A stretch of DNA of 64,000 nucleotides from Balanoglossus misakiensis (lineage: Eukaryota > Animalia > Hemichordata), in the NCBI GenBank assembly GCA_040954595.2, contig CM082583.2, forward strand, positions 714,542-778,541, written 5' to 3'. Position 1 is the first letter of the stretch, and each line of letters begins with the position of its first letter. This document shows, one piece after another, positions 1 through 13,410 of this stretch. A program made the translations under genes and the position numbers. The notes under the pieces are model-generated. The model was not told the origin of the DNA. It did not search any database and saw only the letters and a list, made by a program, of their open reading frames with translations.

Positions 1-2340
1 GAGCCAGGCCGAAGGAAATCCGACTTGATCACCGTTGCTAACGAACGCTAGTGTCTGTCATGGTGTGCCGGGGTTTTAGTCGAGCCAGGCCGTAGGAGAT
101 CTGACTGGATCATCGTGGTCAATGTACGCGTGTTTCCGCTCTAAAGTGCCGGGGCTTCAGCTAAACCAGGCCGTAGGAAATCCGACGTAATCACCGTTGA
201 TAACTTACGCCAGTCTGTGTCATATAGAGCCGGGGCACCAGCCGAGTCACGCCGTAGGAATCTGATTTGATCAACGTGGTCAATGTGCGCCTGTTTCTGC
301 TCTAGAGTGCAGGGCTTCAGCTGAGCCAGGCCGTAGGAAACCCGACGTGATTACCGTTGTTAACTTACGCCAGTCTGTGTCCTATATATAGTGCGGGGCA
401 TCAGCCGTGCCAGGCCTAAGGAAATGTGAGTAGATCAATGTGGTCTCTGTACGCGTGTTTCTGCTCTAGAATGCCAGGGCTTTAGCCAAGCCATGCCGTA
501 GGAAATCTGAATTGATCAACGTTGCTAACGAACGCTAGTGTCTGTCATAGTGTGCCGGGGTTTTAGTCGAGCCAAGCCGTAGGAGATCTGACTTGATCAT
601 CGTGGTCAATGTACGCGTGTTTCCGCTCTAAAGTGCCGGGGCTTGAGCTAAACCAGGCCGTAGGAAATCCGACGTAATCACCGTTGATAACTTACGCCAG
701 TCTGTGTCATATAGAGCCGGTGCACCAGCGGAGTCACGCCGTAGGAATCTGATTTGATCAACGTGGTCAATGTACGCCTGTTTCTGCTCTAGAGTGCCGG
801 GGCTTCAGCTGAGCCAGGCCGTAGGAAACCCGACGTGATTACCGTTGTTAACTTACGCCAGTCTGTGTCCTATATATACTGCCGGGGCATCAGCCGTGCC
901 AGGCCGAAGGAAATGTGAGTAGATCAACGTGGTCTCTGTACGCGTGTTTCTGCTCTAGAGTGTCAGGGCTTTAGCAAAGCCATGCCGTAGGAAATCTGAC
1001 TTGATCAACGTTGCTAACGAACGCTAGTGTCTGTCATAGTGTGCCGGGGTTTTAGTCGAGCCAAGCCGTAGGAGATCAGACTTGATCAACGTGGTCTCTG
1101 TACGCGTGTTTCTGCTCTTGAGTGCCGGGGCTTTATCCAACCCATGCCGTAGAAAATCTGACTTGATCACCGTTGCTAACGTACGCTAGTGTCTGTCATA
1201 TTGTGACGGAGATTTAGCCGAGCCAGGCCGTAAAAAATCGACTTGTTCAACGTTACCAGTGTGCAACTGTTTCTGCTCTAGAGTGTCAGGGTTTTAGCCG
1301 ATTTATGCTGTAGGAAATCAGAGTTGATGAACGGGAATTCAATGTTAGAAAACCCGTGTGGAAAGTATCTCTACCCGTTTGAAACTAAGAAAAGAATTTA
1401 TTCTTATTTATTTTGTAAAAAAGACAATTTTTCGAAACAAAGGCGAAAATGGTAATTTTGTCTTGGGTGATTCAAATTATACCACCTTTTCTGGAATTTG
1501 CAGCACTTTTTACAAGAGAACGACACTTAATGCTCCATAATATTTCCGAAAATGAAGAAAAGAGTTAATTTTTTATGATTTTTTAAAATTTTACCATTTT
1601 TGTCAAAATATGGCCAAAATGGCTATTTTTTCTTGAATTCCGTCAATATCTCTGCATTTTTGGTGTGGTCGAAACTTTTAACATACAATCAACATGTCAT
1701 ATATGATCGGGGCACCAAATTCGAAGAACAAAGGTTTTTTTATTTTTTTTTCTAAAAATGACATTTTCAAGGAAAATTTGGTAAAACGCAATTTTGTCTG
1801 CAGTGAGCCAAATTAGACGGTCTTTTATGGAATTTGTATCGATATATACATACGAAGAGCATTCTATACTCCATCAGATTTCCGAAAATGTAGAAAAGGG
1901 TATTTTTTGTAATTTTGAAAAATTTTCCATTTTGACCAAATTGTGGCTAAAATTGTTATTTTCGTGTTGAATGCCGCCAGTGTCACTGCTTTTAAAAGTC
2001 ATAAAAACTTTTAACATACAAGCAATTGTTTATATATGATCAGGTCACCGAATTAAAAAAATAAAGAATGTTTTGCCTAAAAATGACCTTTTTGGTGCAA
2101 AAACGAATAAAACGCAATTTTGTATTAAATCAGCTCATTCAGAGTGCATTTTTTATAATCAGCACCATTTTTACATATAATGGAAATTTCATACATCATC
2201 AGATATCCAAATATGAAAAAATGATTTAGATTTTAGATGATTGTCCAAAATTCGCTGATATTTAATAAATGTAGTAATGAACCGTTCTGTCCCCCCCCCT
2301 ACATTATATGCGGTACGCCGATGTCAGCTTACCCGGCAGT
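1..2340 (+). repeat. Composite ~2-kb macrosatellite, partial unit, + orientation: ~16 x 81-bp GC-rich subunits, AT-rich ~170-bp-monomer block, poly-C, truncated linker
   Basis: Reverse complement of the 21255-57658 units and same orientation as 57663-64000; recurring ggccgtaggaaatctgacttgatca every ~81 bp; ends abruptly at acccggcagt (2340). Confidence 0.95.
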
Positions 2341-2745
2341 CAGTTATAATTGTCTATTTACACAATTTTTTCTCATTAGTTTCAGATTTCCATGATGCCC
2401 AATATCCTCCTGTCCAGATGCCAAGTTGGTAACCAGGTAACATGATTCCTATGGTGTGAGTATGCAAAATAATGGCTCATGGCTTGCAGTCATGTGACAT
2501 CTCTGTGTCTCTGTGTTTTCCTGGACACTTTGCACTAGTCGCCTTTGAACCAGAAACAACTGAGCACCCAACGAGAAATAATTATGGATTGGAGCCAAGT
2601 TGAAGGTCATAGCAGTCAGTTATAATTGTCTATTTACACAATTTTGTCTCATTAGTTTCAGATTTCCATGATGCCCAATATCCTCCTGTCCAGATGCTAA
2701 GTTGGTAACCAGGTAACATGATTCCTGTGGTGTGAGTATGCAAAT
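2337..2745 (+). repeat. Direct duplication of a ~130-bp segment (2337-2468 / 2613-2745)
   Basis: cagtcagttataattgtctatttacaca...ggtgtgagtatgcaaa occurs twice, 276 bp apart, with few mismatches. Confidence 0.85.
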
Positions 2746-2749
2746 TAAA

Positions 2750-4413
2750 TTTGAGTAACCAGCCATTGAAGTACATTACATTCATGAAGACAGGAGATCA
2801 TCTCTGTCCATAGATATATTTTACCATTATGTTGTTTGACACAGAAATACTTATTAGCATATTTTCCATTTTTTGCAGAAAGGGGTATCTAGCTGTTGAT
2901 CAAAATCTGCCAAACTAGATGTATATTCAAGCCTGTAAAACAGTACAGTAGTTTGCAAGGGTAACATAAGATAATTATTGTTCTTCTAAGATTTCCTTTA
3001 CCCCATAGATGACAGCATAGAATTTAATTGCTCATTTTGGAGGGCAGTGTGTGACTTATTGTATTGTCCATCCAGGAGATTATCCTTACATTTTACTGCC
3101 TTATTTTTTGACCCTAAAATACTGTCATATTTTCCATTTTTGTAGATAATAGTTTCTCTCTGGTGATCAACATTGATGATCTGTCGAACTGGATGTGTGT
3201 ACACATCTTGGTATTACTCGATCTTTCCGCAGCATTTGACACTGTGAACCATACCATTTTACTCAATCGCTTAAGAGACCGCTTCGGTCTCTCAGATACT
3301 GTTCTCATGTGGTTTAAGTCTTACCTTTCCAATCGTAGTCAGTATGTACTTGTAAATTCCACCCAATCACCTTTCTATCCGCTCGACACTGGGGTACCAC
3401 AGGGATCAGTTCTTGGTCCCATACTTTTCAATATGTACACGTCTCCATTAGGTGAATTAGTTCAAAGGCATGGTTGTCTTTATAGTTTTTTATGCAGATG
3501 ACTCTTCACTTTATATGTCTTTTAGTAAAGACAACGCAGCAAGAACTGTTTCAAATCTTGAACTTTGTATTTCTGATGTTAGGTTTTGGATGTCTGAAAA
3601 CTTCTTGTGCTTAAACGATGATAAGACTGAATTTGTTATTTTCTCTGGTATTTTGGGTGATCTGTCTGCTAGAGGGATTTCAGAAATTCGTGTTGGCGAT
3701 TCTCTGATTCCCGTCCATTGTCAGGCTAAGAGCCTTGGAGTGATCCTTGACTCTTGTCTGACAATGAAGCCACATATTGGACAGATCTGCCGCTCTGCCA
3801 CTTTTAATTTACGTCGCATTGCGCTTATCCGCAAATATTTATCTCATTCAGCTACAGAGCAATTAGTTCATGCATTCATTACGTCTCGAATTGATTCATG
3901 TAATTCACTTTTATTTGGGCTCCCGAAGTATTCAATCAACCGTATCCAACGCGTTCAGAATATTGCTGCTAGAATTGTAACTCGTTCTAAAATCACCTGT
4001 CACATCACTCCAATTTTGTATCAGTTGCACTGGCTACCTGTTACAGAGCGTATTGTTTTTAAGATGTTAGTTCTCATTTTTAAATCCATTCATAAACTTG
4101 GTCCAATCTATCTTTCTAGCATGACTAATCTATATGTTCCATGTCGCAATTTAAGGTCAGCTGATCAGTTCAAACTCTGCCCTGTTCGATCACGCACCAA
4201 GAGTTATGGTGATCGTGCTTTTACTGTTGCTGCTCCAATTCTTTGGAATAATCTTCCACTCACCATTCGCCAGGCACCAGACTTATCTGTTTTTAAATCA
4301 AATGTTAAAACTTTACTTTTTAAATCTGTTTTTTAGCCATTTGTTGTATTGTACTTTTGCTTTAAGCGTCATTGATCACATTTTTTTTGTGGATACTGAC
4401 GCTATACAAATAA

Positions 4414-4445
<32 letters not shown>

Positions 4446-5060
4446 ATGCCTGTATTGCAGCCAATTGGTGTCTGAGGGTAACATATAAGATAATTCTTTT
4501 TCTCCTAAAGATTTCCTAGACCCCATAGATGAATGCATATAATTTAATTGCTCATTTTGGAGGGCAGTGTGTGACTTATTGTATTGTCCATCCAGGAGAT
4601 CATCTGTCCATACATTTTACTGTCATGTTTTTTGACACTAAAATACTTTGTCATATTTTCCATTTTTGCAGATAATGGTTTCTCTCTGGTGATCAACATT
4701 GATCTGTCGAACTGGATGTGTGTACATGCCTGTATTGCAGCCAAGTGGTGTCTGAGGGTAACATAAGATAATTCTTATTCTGTTAAAGATTTCCTAGACG
4801 CCATGGATGACAGCATAGAATTTAATTGCTCATTTGGAGGCCCCTGTACAACGTATTGTATTGTTCATGAAGACAGGAGATCATCTCTGTCCATATAGTT
4901 ACATTTTGCCGTGCTGTTTGACACAGAAATACTTATTGGCATATTTTTCATTTTTGCAGATAACAGTCACTGGTCCCTGTGATGAGTAATGTCTATCAAC
5001 ATAGATCTGTGCATGCTTGTACCGGTATAGCCGCCAAGCACTTCAAAGGTAACATAGCAT
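2750..5060 (+). repeat. Diverged ~280-bp tandem repeat (about 4 copies) interrupted by a LINE
   Basis: caggagat(c/t)atc at ~2791, ~3073, ~4593, ~4875; shared gggtaacataagataatt...ccccatagatgacagcatagaatttaattgctcatttt; the period is ~280 once the LINE is removed. Confidence 0.85.
3204..4442 (+). mobile_element. 5'-truncated L2/CR1-group LINE (RT C-terminal half) with (TAT)n tail
   Basis: LLDLSAAFDTVNH, GVPQGSVLGP, YADD, NSLLFGLP, LHWLP, APILWNNLP motifs; one frameshift near 3490; aataaa followed by (tat)n; the empty site ggatgtgtgtacatgcctg is present in the next repeat unit; possible 4-bp TSD taca. Confidence 0.93.
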
Positions 5061-6355
5061 TAACCTTACGGGCCACTGATAATAAAAGTCGATGCATTCC
5101 TTCATTTTACTTGATAGCAAGCCCCCCCCCTACTTGATAGCAACCCCCCCCCCCACCCCACCCCCTGAAATGCTCCTATACACATCCATATTATATAAAA
5201 ACACTGGAAGTGCACATGGTCGGTATATACTGTGTGCTTCAGTCGGGATAAATATTCATCCAGCAATGCATGATGAACTGGGTCTGATTTTATAGCATTT
5301 ATGCCCACAGCTGGTCTTTCCACTTATTCATAATTACTGTACAGAGAGAGGAGTCAACGCCATACTCGGAATACTGTAACTGATGTCCAATCCATCCTAT
5401 TGCTTTCTCTTCCAATATGCATTCAACCAGTTCATTGCCTGATGAAAAACAGCAGATTTTTTAACTTGTAGTTTCGCGGACTTCAATTCACTCTTTTGAC
5501 GCGGGCTTATCTTCATTTGGTAGAGTTTTAAGGGAGTGTCACGCCAGACAAAAATACAAAAGTGGGGCCCAAGTGTGTTCTACCACCATATTACATAGTG
5601 ATCAAGAAGTGACCTGATCAGATGTTGTCACATCCTGGGCCCCTTTTTTACCCATGTTCAGTGTTTGACAGGAGCATATTTTCCTTTCTGTGTGAATGTT
5701 GAATGTCTCTTATTTGCTGTAATCAATCAATCAATACAAGGTGAGTGTTATGTCGTCTTTCTGTGCATAGGCAAGAAGAGGATACATGTATGAATGCAGA
5801 AGCCCCAGTGAATCGGATGCAGAGAAGTTTCCTTCCAGGATGACTTTATTTTACTGACTTTGATTCCATTGTCATTCCAAGAATAGAACTTCTCCCACGG
5901 GACGAAATTGAACATTAATCAATCCCTTCCTCATTTATATGATCTGTATTACAAATGTATTATTCTGATAGCATTTTTTGTCATTGTGTCAGAGAGAGAG
6001 GGTTTAAGTAGGTTAAAACTAAATTGTACACTTCAGTTTGCCAACACTGCTAAATTATCACCATGATTTATTCAGCATAACCTGAAGGTTGTTGAATCCT
6101 ATAGGCACAATAAGCATTGCATGTAGCAAGCACTTAGTGTAAATTTACGTTAATTGCACAGGGTACAGTAGCCTTCAGGGGTTTACTGTTTAGCTTTGTA
6201 GCATAATTGCACCCACATATAAAGAAAAAGTCAAGTTAAGATATTAAAGCCGAATGGTAAACAGAATACAAAGGGTTTACAGCATTAGTCCTGTATTGAT
6301 ACAGAAAGCAAATATGACAATGAACAGTTGACCAACATTGAACATTTTTTGACTG

Positions 6356-6724
6356 GCTCTCTCTCTCTCTCTCTATAAACTTGGACGGTCATTTTTCCAG
6401 AATGTACTGGATATAGGCATGATTTACTAGTATTGTACATTTATTCATCCATCCATCCATTCATTCATACATACATACATACATACATACATACATACAT
6501 ACATACATACATACATACATTTATTCATTCATTCATTCACTCGTTCATTCATTCATTTATTTATATATTTATTTGTGTCGTTGTATGTTTGCATGTACCC
6601 GTGTGTGTGTGTGTGTGCATGTATGTATGCATGTATGTATGTATGTATGTATGTATGTATGTATGTATGTATGTATGTATGTATGTATGTATGTATGTAT
6701 GTATGTATGTATGTATGTATTGTG

Positions 6725-6780
<56 letters not shown>

Positions 6781-6856
6781 GTATGTCTGTCTGTCTGTCT
6801 GTCTGTCTGTATGTCTGTCTGTCTGTCTGTATGTATGTATGTATGTATGTATGTAT
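6356..6856. repeat. Compound microsatellite: (CT)n, (CATA)n, (CATT)n, (GT)n, (TATG)n, (TA)n, (TCTG)n
   Basis: Directly visible simple repeats; they explain the YIHT/VCMY ORFs. Confidence 0.95.
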
Positions 6857-7810
6857 ATTTCCAAAATTGTTGGATGTCTCGGAGTACTCTCTGTGTTGTG
6901 TTTTCAAATTCCTATTCGAATTGTCGACATTTTTGGGTGTCTGTGACTACTCTCTCGTCACATTCTGGCCTCTGTGTTTGCTGTAGTTGTGTTTTCGAAT
7001 TCTTATTCGAATTGTCGACATTTTTGGGTGTCTGTGGCTACTCTCTCGTCACATTCTGGCCTCTGTGTTTGCCGTGGTTGTGTTTTCGAATTCATATTCG
7101 AATTGTCGACATTTTTGGGTGTCTGTGACTACTCTCTCGTCACATTCTGGCCTCTGTGTTTGCCGTGGTTGTGTTTTCGAATTTTTATTCGAATTGTCAA
7201 CATTTTTGGGTGTCTGTGACCACTCTCTCGTCACATTCTGGCCTCTGTGTTTGCCGTGGTTGTGTTTTCGAATTCTTATTCGAATTGTCGACATTTTTGG
7301 GTGTCTGTGACTACTCTCTCATCACATTTTGGCCTCTGTGTTTGCCGTGGTTGTGTTTTCGAATTCATATTCGAATTGTCAACCTTTTTGGGTGTCTGTG
7401 ACTACTCTCTCATCACATTTTGGCCTCTGTGTTTGCCGTGGTTGTGTTTTCGAATTCATATTCGAATTGTCAACCTTTTTGGGTGTCTGTGACTACATCT
7501 CGTCACATTTTGGCCTCTGTGTTTGCCGTGGTTGTGTTTTCGAATTCTTATTCGAATTGTCGACATTTTTGGGTGTCTGTGACTACATCTCGTCACATTT
7601 TGGCCTCTGTGTTTGCCGTAGTTGTGTTTTCGAATTCATATTCGAATTGTCAACATTTTTGGGTGTCTGTGACTACTCTCTCGTCACATTCTGGCCTCTG
7701 TGTTTGCCGTGGTTGTGTTTTCGAATTCATATTCGAATTGTCGACATTTTTGGGTGTCTGTGACTACTCTCTCATCACATTCTGGCCTCTGTGTTTGCCA
7801 TGGTTGTGTT
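6857..7810 (+). repeat. 91-bp minisatellite, ~10 copies
   Basis: Unit ttttcgaattc(a/t)tattcgaattgtcgacatttttgggtgtctgtgactactctctcgtcacattctggcctctgtgtttgccgtggttgtg repeated at 91-bp spacing. Confidence 0.95.
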
Positions 7811-7994
7811 CTTTCCGCGCCTAGGATGTTTTTGGTCATCTGATGAAGCTGGTTCTCTACAAGATCCCAAGAATCCCAAGATTGCAGTCCGTCTTCAAGC
7901 AATTTATGTTTTTGCGCGCGCGCGCGTGCGTCTGTCGCTTGCTCCGTTGTACTTTCCCATATTATAAATAAAGAATACGGTATGTATGTGTGTG

Positions 7995-10110
7995 CATTTT
8001 AAAATTTTTAGGATTTTATTATCTGTCTGTGTTCTTTTTCCTATGTTTTTAGGGTATGTCTTTAATGAATTTTTCCAATGGCTATAACAGATGAGAAGGT
8101 TTCAATTGCAATATGTTTTATAATACCATAGTTTAGCATGACTAACTTAATTTCATGATGAGAAAAATATTTCAATAAATACTTCAAGTCCTCTAAAACA
8201 TGCAATAGATCCTTCAAGTCCAGTGTAGTTTCCTGGGATCAGTTCATTAGTTGGGGTTTTTTTGTTTGCGTAGTATTCAACAGTTAGATATGTTGGTATA
8301 TCTATTTTATGGTCACGTCTTGCCCACTGAGTCTGTCGATAATCAATAGATTTTCCCCACATTGCTAGCGAGTCCCACACAACGACGGCCCCAATCAACA
8401 GACTCAGTGCACAAGTAGGTTCTTTAATATTACCTTAATGATTTTGCCTTTACTTGACATAATTAAGTATTTTCATATCACACTTTTAATGCATTTGCAT
8501 CGTTGCATGTATATGCATTGTGTGATTACTAGGTTTATAGTGCTTTGATTTTTGATGAATTTTTTCTTTTTAAATACATAAATAATGTGTTTGCAGTAGC
8601 CATATAGGCATAATTGTTTTTTTTTGGCGGGGGGGGGGGTATATTGGTGAATTTGCTCTTAAATTGAATAGCATTGAGCCTATGCAACATGGCTTACAGG
8701 CAACACATTATTTAAACTTTGTGGACAATAAAAAAACTTCACATTGTGGAGTTTTCTTAATTTTATACACTTTTAGTTTTGAGTTATTTAAACGCACATC
8801 TTTAGCCTTTTTCCTCAATGTTCGAGGGTCTTTAATGAACTTTTTTCCAATGGCTGTATCAGACGAGGTAATTTGCTTTGGCTTGACATTGCCAAGTATT
8901 TATGCATCGTCTGAGTGTTTGCAGTCCTTTGATTTTATTGATGAAAATTTCCTTTATAAGAACATAAATAATGTGTTTGCAGAAGCCATGTATTCATAAT
9001 TGTTTTGTTTTTTTTGGGGGGGGCAGTAAATTCGCTAAAAAATTGAATGGCATGGAGATCATGCATCGTGGCTTACAGTCAACACATTATTTACAATGAT
9101 ATACTTCTGTTTAAGAAGTTTTATACACATTCAGTTTTCAGTTATTTTACATTTTAACATTCCTCTTTTTCCTCAATTTAAGAGGGTCTTTCACATTTTC
9201 AAGTGACTTTATCAGATAAGATTTTAATTTGCTAAATAATGTGTTTGCAGAAGCCATAAATTCATAATTGTTTTGTTTGTATTTCGGGGGGAGGGTAGTA
9301 AATCAGTAAATTTGCTCATAAATTGAATGGCATGGAGATCATGCATCATGGCTTACAGGCAACACATTATTTACAATGATATACTTCTTTTCAAGAAGTT
9401 TTCTCTATTTTATACACATTTAGTTTTCAGTTATTTTACATTTGAACATTCTTTTTTTCCTTAATTTAAGAGGGTCTTTCACATTTTCAAGTGACTTTAT
9501 CAGATAAGATTTTAATTTGCTAAATAATGTGTTTGCAGAAGCCATATATTCATAATTGTTATGTTTGTATTTCGGGGGGAGGGTAGTAAATCAGTAAAAA
9601 TGCTCATAAATTGAATGGCATGGAGATCATGCATCATGGCTTACAGGCAACACATTATTTACAATGATATACTTCTTTTTAAGAAGTTTTATACACATTC
9701 AGTTTTCAGTTATTTTACATTTTAACATTCCTCTTTTTCCTCAATTTAAGAGGGTCTTTCACATTTTCAAGTGACTTTATCAGATAAGATTTTAATTTGC
9801 TAAATAATGAGTTTGCAGAAGCCATATATTCATAATTGTTTTGTTTTGTTTGTATTTCTGGGGGAGGGTAGTAAATCAGTAAATTCGCTCATAAATTGAA
9901 TGGCATGGAGATCATGCATCATGGCTTACAGGCAACACATTATTTACACTTTTCTGACAGTAAAATACTTTCAATTTGCTTTTGAAGATTTCAACATTCA
10001 TCTACATTTTCCCCCCAATTTTGGGGGATCATTAATGAAGTCTTCGCAGTGGCTGTAACTGATGAGGTTTCCTGCGTATATCTCTTCAAGTCCAGCACAG
10101 TTTCATTTTA
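7995..10110 (+). repeat. ~280-bp tandem repeat; homogeneous core 8970-9950 with degenerate flanking copies
   Basis: gcagaagcca at ~8978, ~9247, ~9535, ~9815; aattgaatggcatggagatcatgcatc repeated; degenerate matches near 8070, 8590, 8845 and 10050. Confidence 0.85.
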
Positions 10111-10334
10111 TCACAGGAGCCATCCCAAGGAGAAAGGGGTCTTTATAAGGGTGGGGGATATTTATGACTATATGACCCGTTTCTGTTTGGGATCGCCCCC
10201 AGTACATTAGTCACTTTAGACTCAACTGTGTGCAGTGTTCAATAGTATGACTTTATTCTTTTTGTATTTTAATATGAAATTTAAGATTTTACGTTCACGT
10301 GACATTGTTTGAGATTTATTCTCATAGACATTAA

Positions 10335-10510
10335 GGTCCACTATGTGTTACATTTGACAAATTTTTCAGTACGTAATTTTGGTCTATTTATGCACCCCGA
10401 TTTCTGGTATGCATAATCAGCATTGTTATTGTTAACAATTGTATTCAAGTCAATTGAATGCATTTGTCAATATTAACAATTCTGTACCAAAAATTACAGG
10501 TAGTTGCCCT
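10335..10510. mobile_element. Possible small Kolobok-like MITE
   Basis: ttaa|ggtccacta ... tagttgccct|ttaa: imperfect terminal inverted repeats with TTAA flanks. Confidence 0.35.
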
Positions 10511-11387
10511 TTAATTGTAAATGCTACATTTAGAACAGTGTAACACCAAACCTATTATGATTTATTGAGAACACTTTATTCATTCAGAGATGAAATATTA
10601 ATTTTTGTCAGTTTTAGTTTAGACCTACAATACCAAATTTTGCTTGGTATTGTTAAACTTCCAACATTTTCTTTCTGTGAACCTGCTATTTTGTGTAACA
10701 GATTAGCATCTTAACTTGAAAGTAGGGTTTTCAAAGAGGCATGAATTTAGAAATATAATTTTTTGTAAAGTTGGTGAATTACCTACGCTTTCCCAGAGTT
10801 TTTTCCCCTTATCCTGAAAAAAGGGTTTTATCTCTGGGTTTTGGTGCGGGGTAAATTTTCAGTTTATATATCATTCAAGTTTAGAATAAAGTACATGAGC
10901 CGCTTCTCATGTAAAATTGACATGTATTGTGTGTGTGTATGCTTTTGGATGTGGTAGCCTGCAGGCCAGGTGGCATGGCCATGGTGACTACATGTGGAGT
11001 GGGTTGGGTCTTTGTATGTATGTGTTGAGAGTTAGGGGATTGTGTGTGTCAGTCAACAGTACGTGTAGAGAAGGTATACGGTCACCTATGGAAATTTAGC
11101 TACAGTTACCACGTTAACTTGAGATCTAGCCAATCACGGATTTTCAGTGGGTGGCACATGCGAAAAAAAGAGCGCCGCCATATGTTATTTAGAACCCGCA
11201 AATACTCTATTTCAGCCATATATGGGTGTATGTAAATTGGCGGTGACTGTATATCTTTAACTTGAAAATGGTAGCTTCTATCACAGTGATAGTTGATGTG
11301 TAGATGTGATGTGGTGGTAGAATGTGAACTTGTTGACATGAAATTGTGAATCAAAATGGAGACCTAAAAGATGGGGAAATACATTAA

Positions 11388-11691
11388 AGCCTCTATAGCT
11401 GCCACTTTTTGCATTATTTTCACAATTTATTTTACTGAGGTATATGTGAACACTTTACCGATGCCCGATTATGGCTGTATGTAGCGATTTGAAAATGCTA
11501 TGTATTAAAACAGTTTAATCAGCCTCCATACAAACAGTACGCAGCTATCGTGGTATGCATCACCAAGAGATGACAAACTGATGCAAATGCAAGTAATATG
11601 GCTTAATGGTGAGGATTTTAGAGGATAGGGAATATATTTGAAGTGTTTTACTGTGGAAGAAAATCCGTGAAATTTGGCAGCTCTAGGGGCT
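11388..11691. mobile_element. Kolobok-like non-autonomous DNA transposon (TTAA TSD)
   Basis: ttaa|agcctctatagctgcca ... tggcagctctaggggct|ttaa; ~17-bp imperfect TIRs with AG...CT termini. Confidence 0.75.
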
Positions 11692-12286
11692 TTAAGCGGT
11701 TACCATCGACGCCAAGAAATGCTGAAAATCGCCCCTGATTTGCGTCTCTCTGGGGAATTTACGCCATAAATCGGTAGGATACATATTCATGGTGGAATTT
11801 GTATGCATTGTGAAGGATTTTGTGGTCGAAAACTTCGGAAAATCATGCATTCTCGGGAGCGTGTGTCCGCGTGTTGCCTCCTTCAGAGTCAATTACACAA
11901 TGAACGCCGCCATTTGGCTACCCCTATTTATAGGGGTATAAATAAGGGTAGCAACAACAATCCTGGATATAACAACAGGATATAACAACAGGTGAAACAA
12001 ACTGAACGCAGTTGTTGATAACATGCAGATTGAGCTGTCTCAAATCTTAGGGAGCATTCGTTTTTTACAGGGAGGGGGGGGGGCGGTGAAATTTGAGTCG
12101 CCGACTAAATGTAAAAGGCAACCCCCCCCCTCGAAATTACTTTTCTAAAATGTGCCCCCCCCCCCTAAATTCTTTAATTGTAAAATGTGACCCCCCCCCC
12201 AAAAAAGTTTATCCACCGGATTAAACTTATCAAACTTTGTCAGATATTGGTGTATGTTCGACATACCACATAATCAGCCATGAAAC

Positions 12287-13410
12287 CTAGTCTACATAGT
12301 TCCTTGATTTCCAAGTAGTGCATTGTCTGCCTGATCTTGTTAGGCTGCATTCACAAACGCCTCTGGAGGGGGGGGGACGGGAGAATTCAATTTTTTTACC
12401 GCTAATTTTCAAATCCCCCCTTCCGAACTGCCAAAATTTTGAAATCCCCCCCCCCACCCATTTTCTTTCACAGAGCAAAACACATCACCTATCTATCTTG
12501 TAGAAAAAAGAAAAAACAGCGCTCCCATGAAAAGAATTTGAAACTGATGTACCCCCTCACTGAACATTGTTTTTATTTTTAAGCATTTGTATTCTGTGTT
12601 GGGAGACATTGTAAACCGAGAATTGAAGGGAGTGGGATTGGGAGGGGGTATCCCCCTCCCACGTAAGAAAATTTTATAAAATACAGAGCTCAAAGCTGCA
12701 TTTTAATGAACCCGGCAAAAGCAAATTAACTCAACTACCGGTATGTTGGGGAGGAGAAATTTAACCGTCGCCGCTCAAAGTTATCATGGGGTGGGGCAAA
12801 TCCCCTGACCTGGGACACTAGATAAACCAGTCAATGATTGAAAGGTGCTGATGAATGGAGGGGGTGGGTAAAATAAAGGGCGCGAAACTGCATTTTTATG
12901 GACTCAAAATAAATATTTTGTCGTCAAAGTTTTCAAGTCCCCCCCTTTCAGTCCCTAAATTATTTCAAATCCCCCCTTACATACCCTCAATTTTTTCAAA
13001 CCCCCCCCTCAATTCTCCTGCCCCCCCCCCTCCAGAGGTGTTTGTGAATGCAGCCTTACGTGAAAGAGTTCACTTTCAATGTCGCCGCTATCACTTTCTG
13101 AGTCACTTTCCTCTGAATCACCTAGTTCACCTATCACTTCATGCTCATCTTCTGGTTCACTGTCCTCATCCAAGTCATCCTCTTCATCCTCCTGCTCATC
13201 CTCCTCTTTGTCCCTCTCATGGTTTACTCTGAGACTTTCCAGAGTTGTTTGACACAGTTTCCGGCCAATGTGCGCTTCAACTATTTTCAGTTTGTCTTTT
13301 TTTCAGCATCTTTTTCTCTGTTGTCAATTTATGTATGTTCATGTACATGTCTAGGTCAGAAACTTTCAGCTCACATAGTTCACTGTTTCTGTATATTGCC
13401 ATGATACAGC
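12287..13410 (-). pseudogene. C-terminal gene remnant: SAP/HeH-like helix motif, acidic tract and TRSGR tail, split by the nested MITE
   Basis: Manual translation: IYRNSELCELKVSDLDMYMNIHKL..KKMLKK/DKLKIVEAHIGRK...EEDEQEDEEDDLDEDSEPEDE...ESELFHV|TRSGRQCTTWKSRNYVD*; one frameshift in an A7 run; the frame is continuous after excising 12343-13058. Confidence 0.65.
12343..13055. mobile_element. Nested MITE with TTA TSD inside the 12050-13678 element
   Basis: tta|ggctgcattcacaaacgcctctggagggggggg ... cccccccctccagaggtgtttgtgaatgcagcc|tta. Confidence 0.92.

Noticed and set aside
1-1320. CRISPR-like appearance of regularly spaced conserved motifs
   Set aside because: The intervening sequences are homologous repeats rather than unique spacers; no cas genes; eukaryotic context.
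1358-1540. Recurrent 60-aa ORF MESISTRLKLRKEF (and MNRSVPPP) in many units
   Set aside because: Non-ATG starts, frameshifts in homopolymer runs in several copies and no recognisable domain; a by-product of the satellite.
7838-7880. ctgatgaag (and ctgatgag at ~10060) as Penelope-type hammerheads
   Set aside because: No downstream GAAA or helix III.
6433-7902. Many overlapping ORFs of 70-230 aa
   Set aside because: Translations of microsatellite and 91-bp minisatellite sequence.
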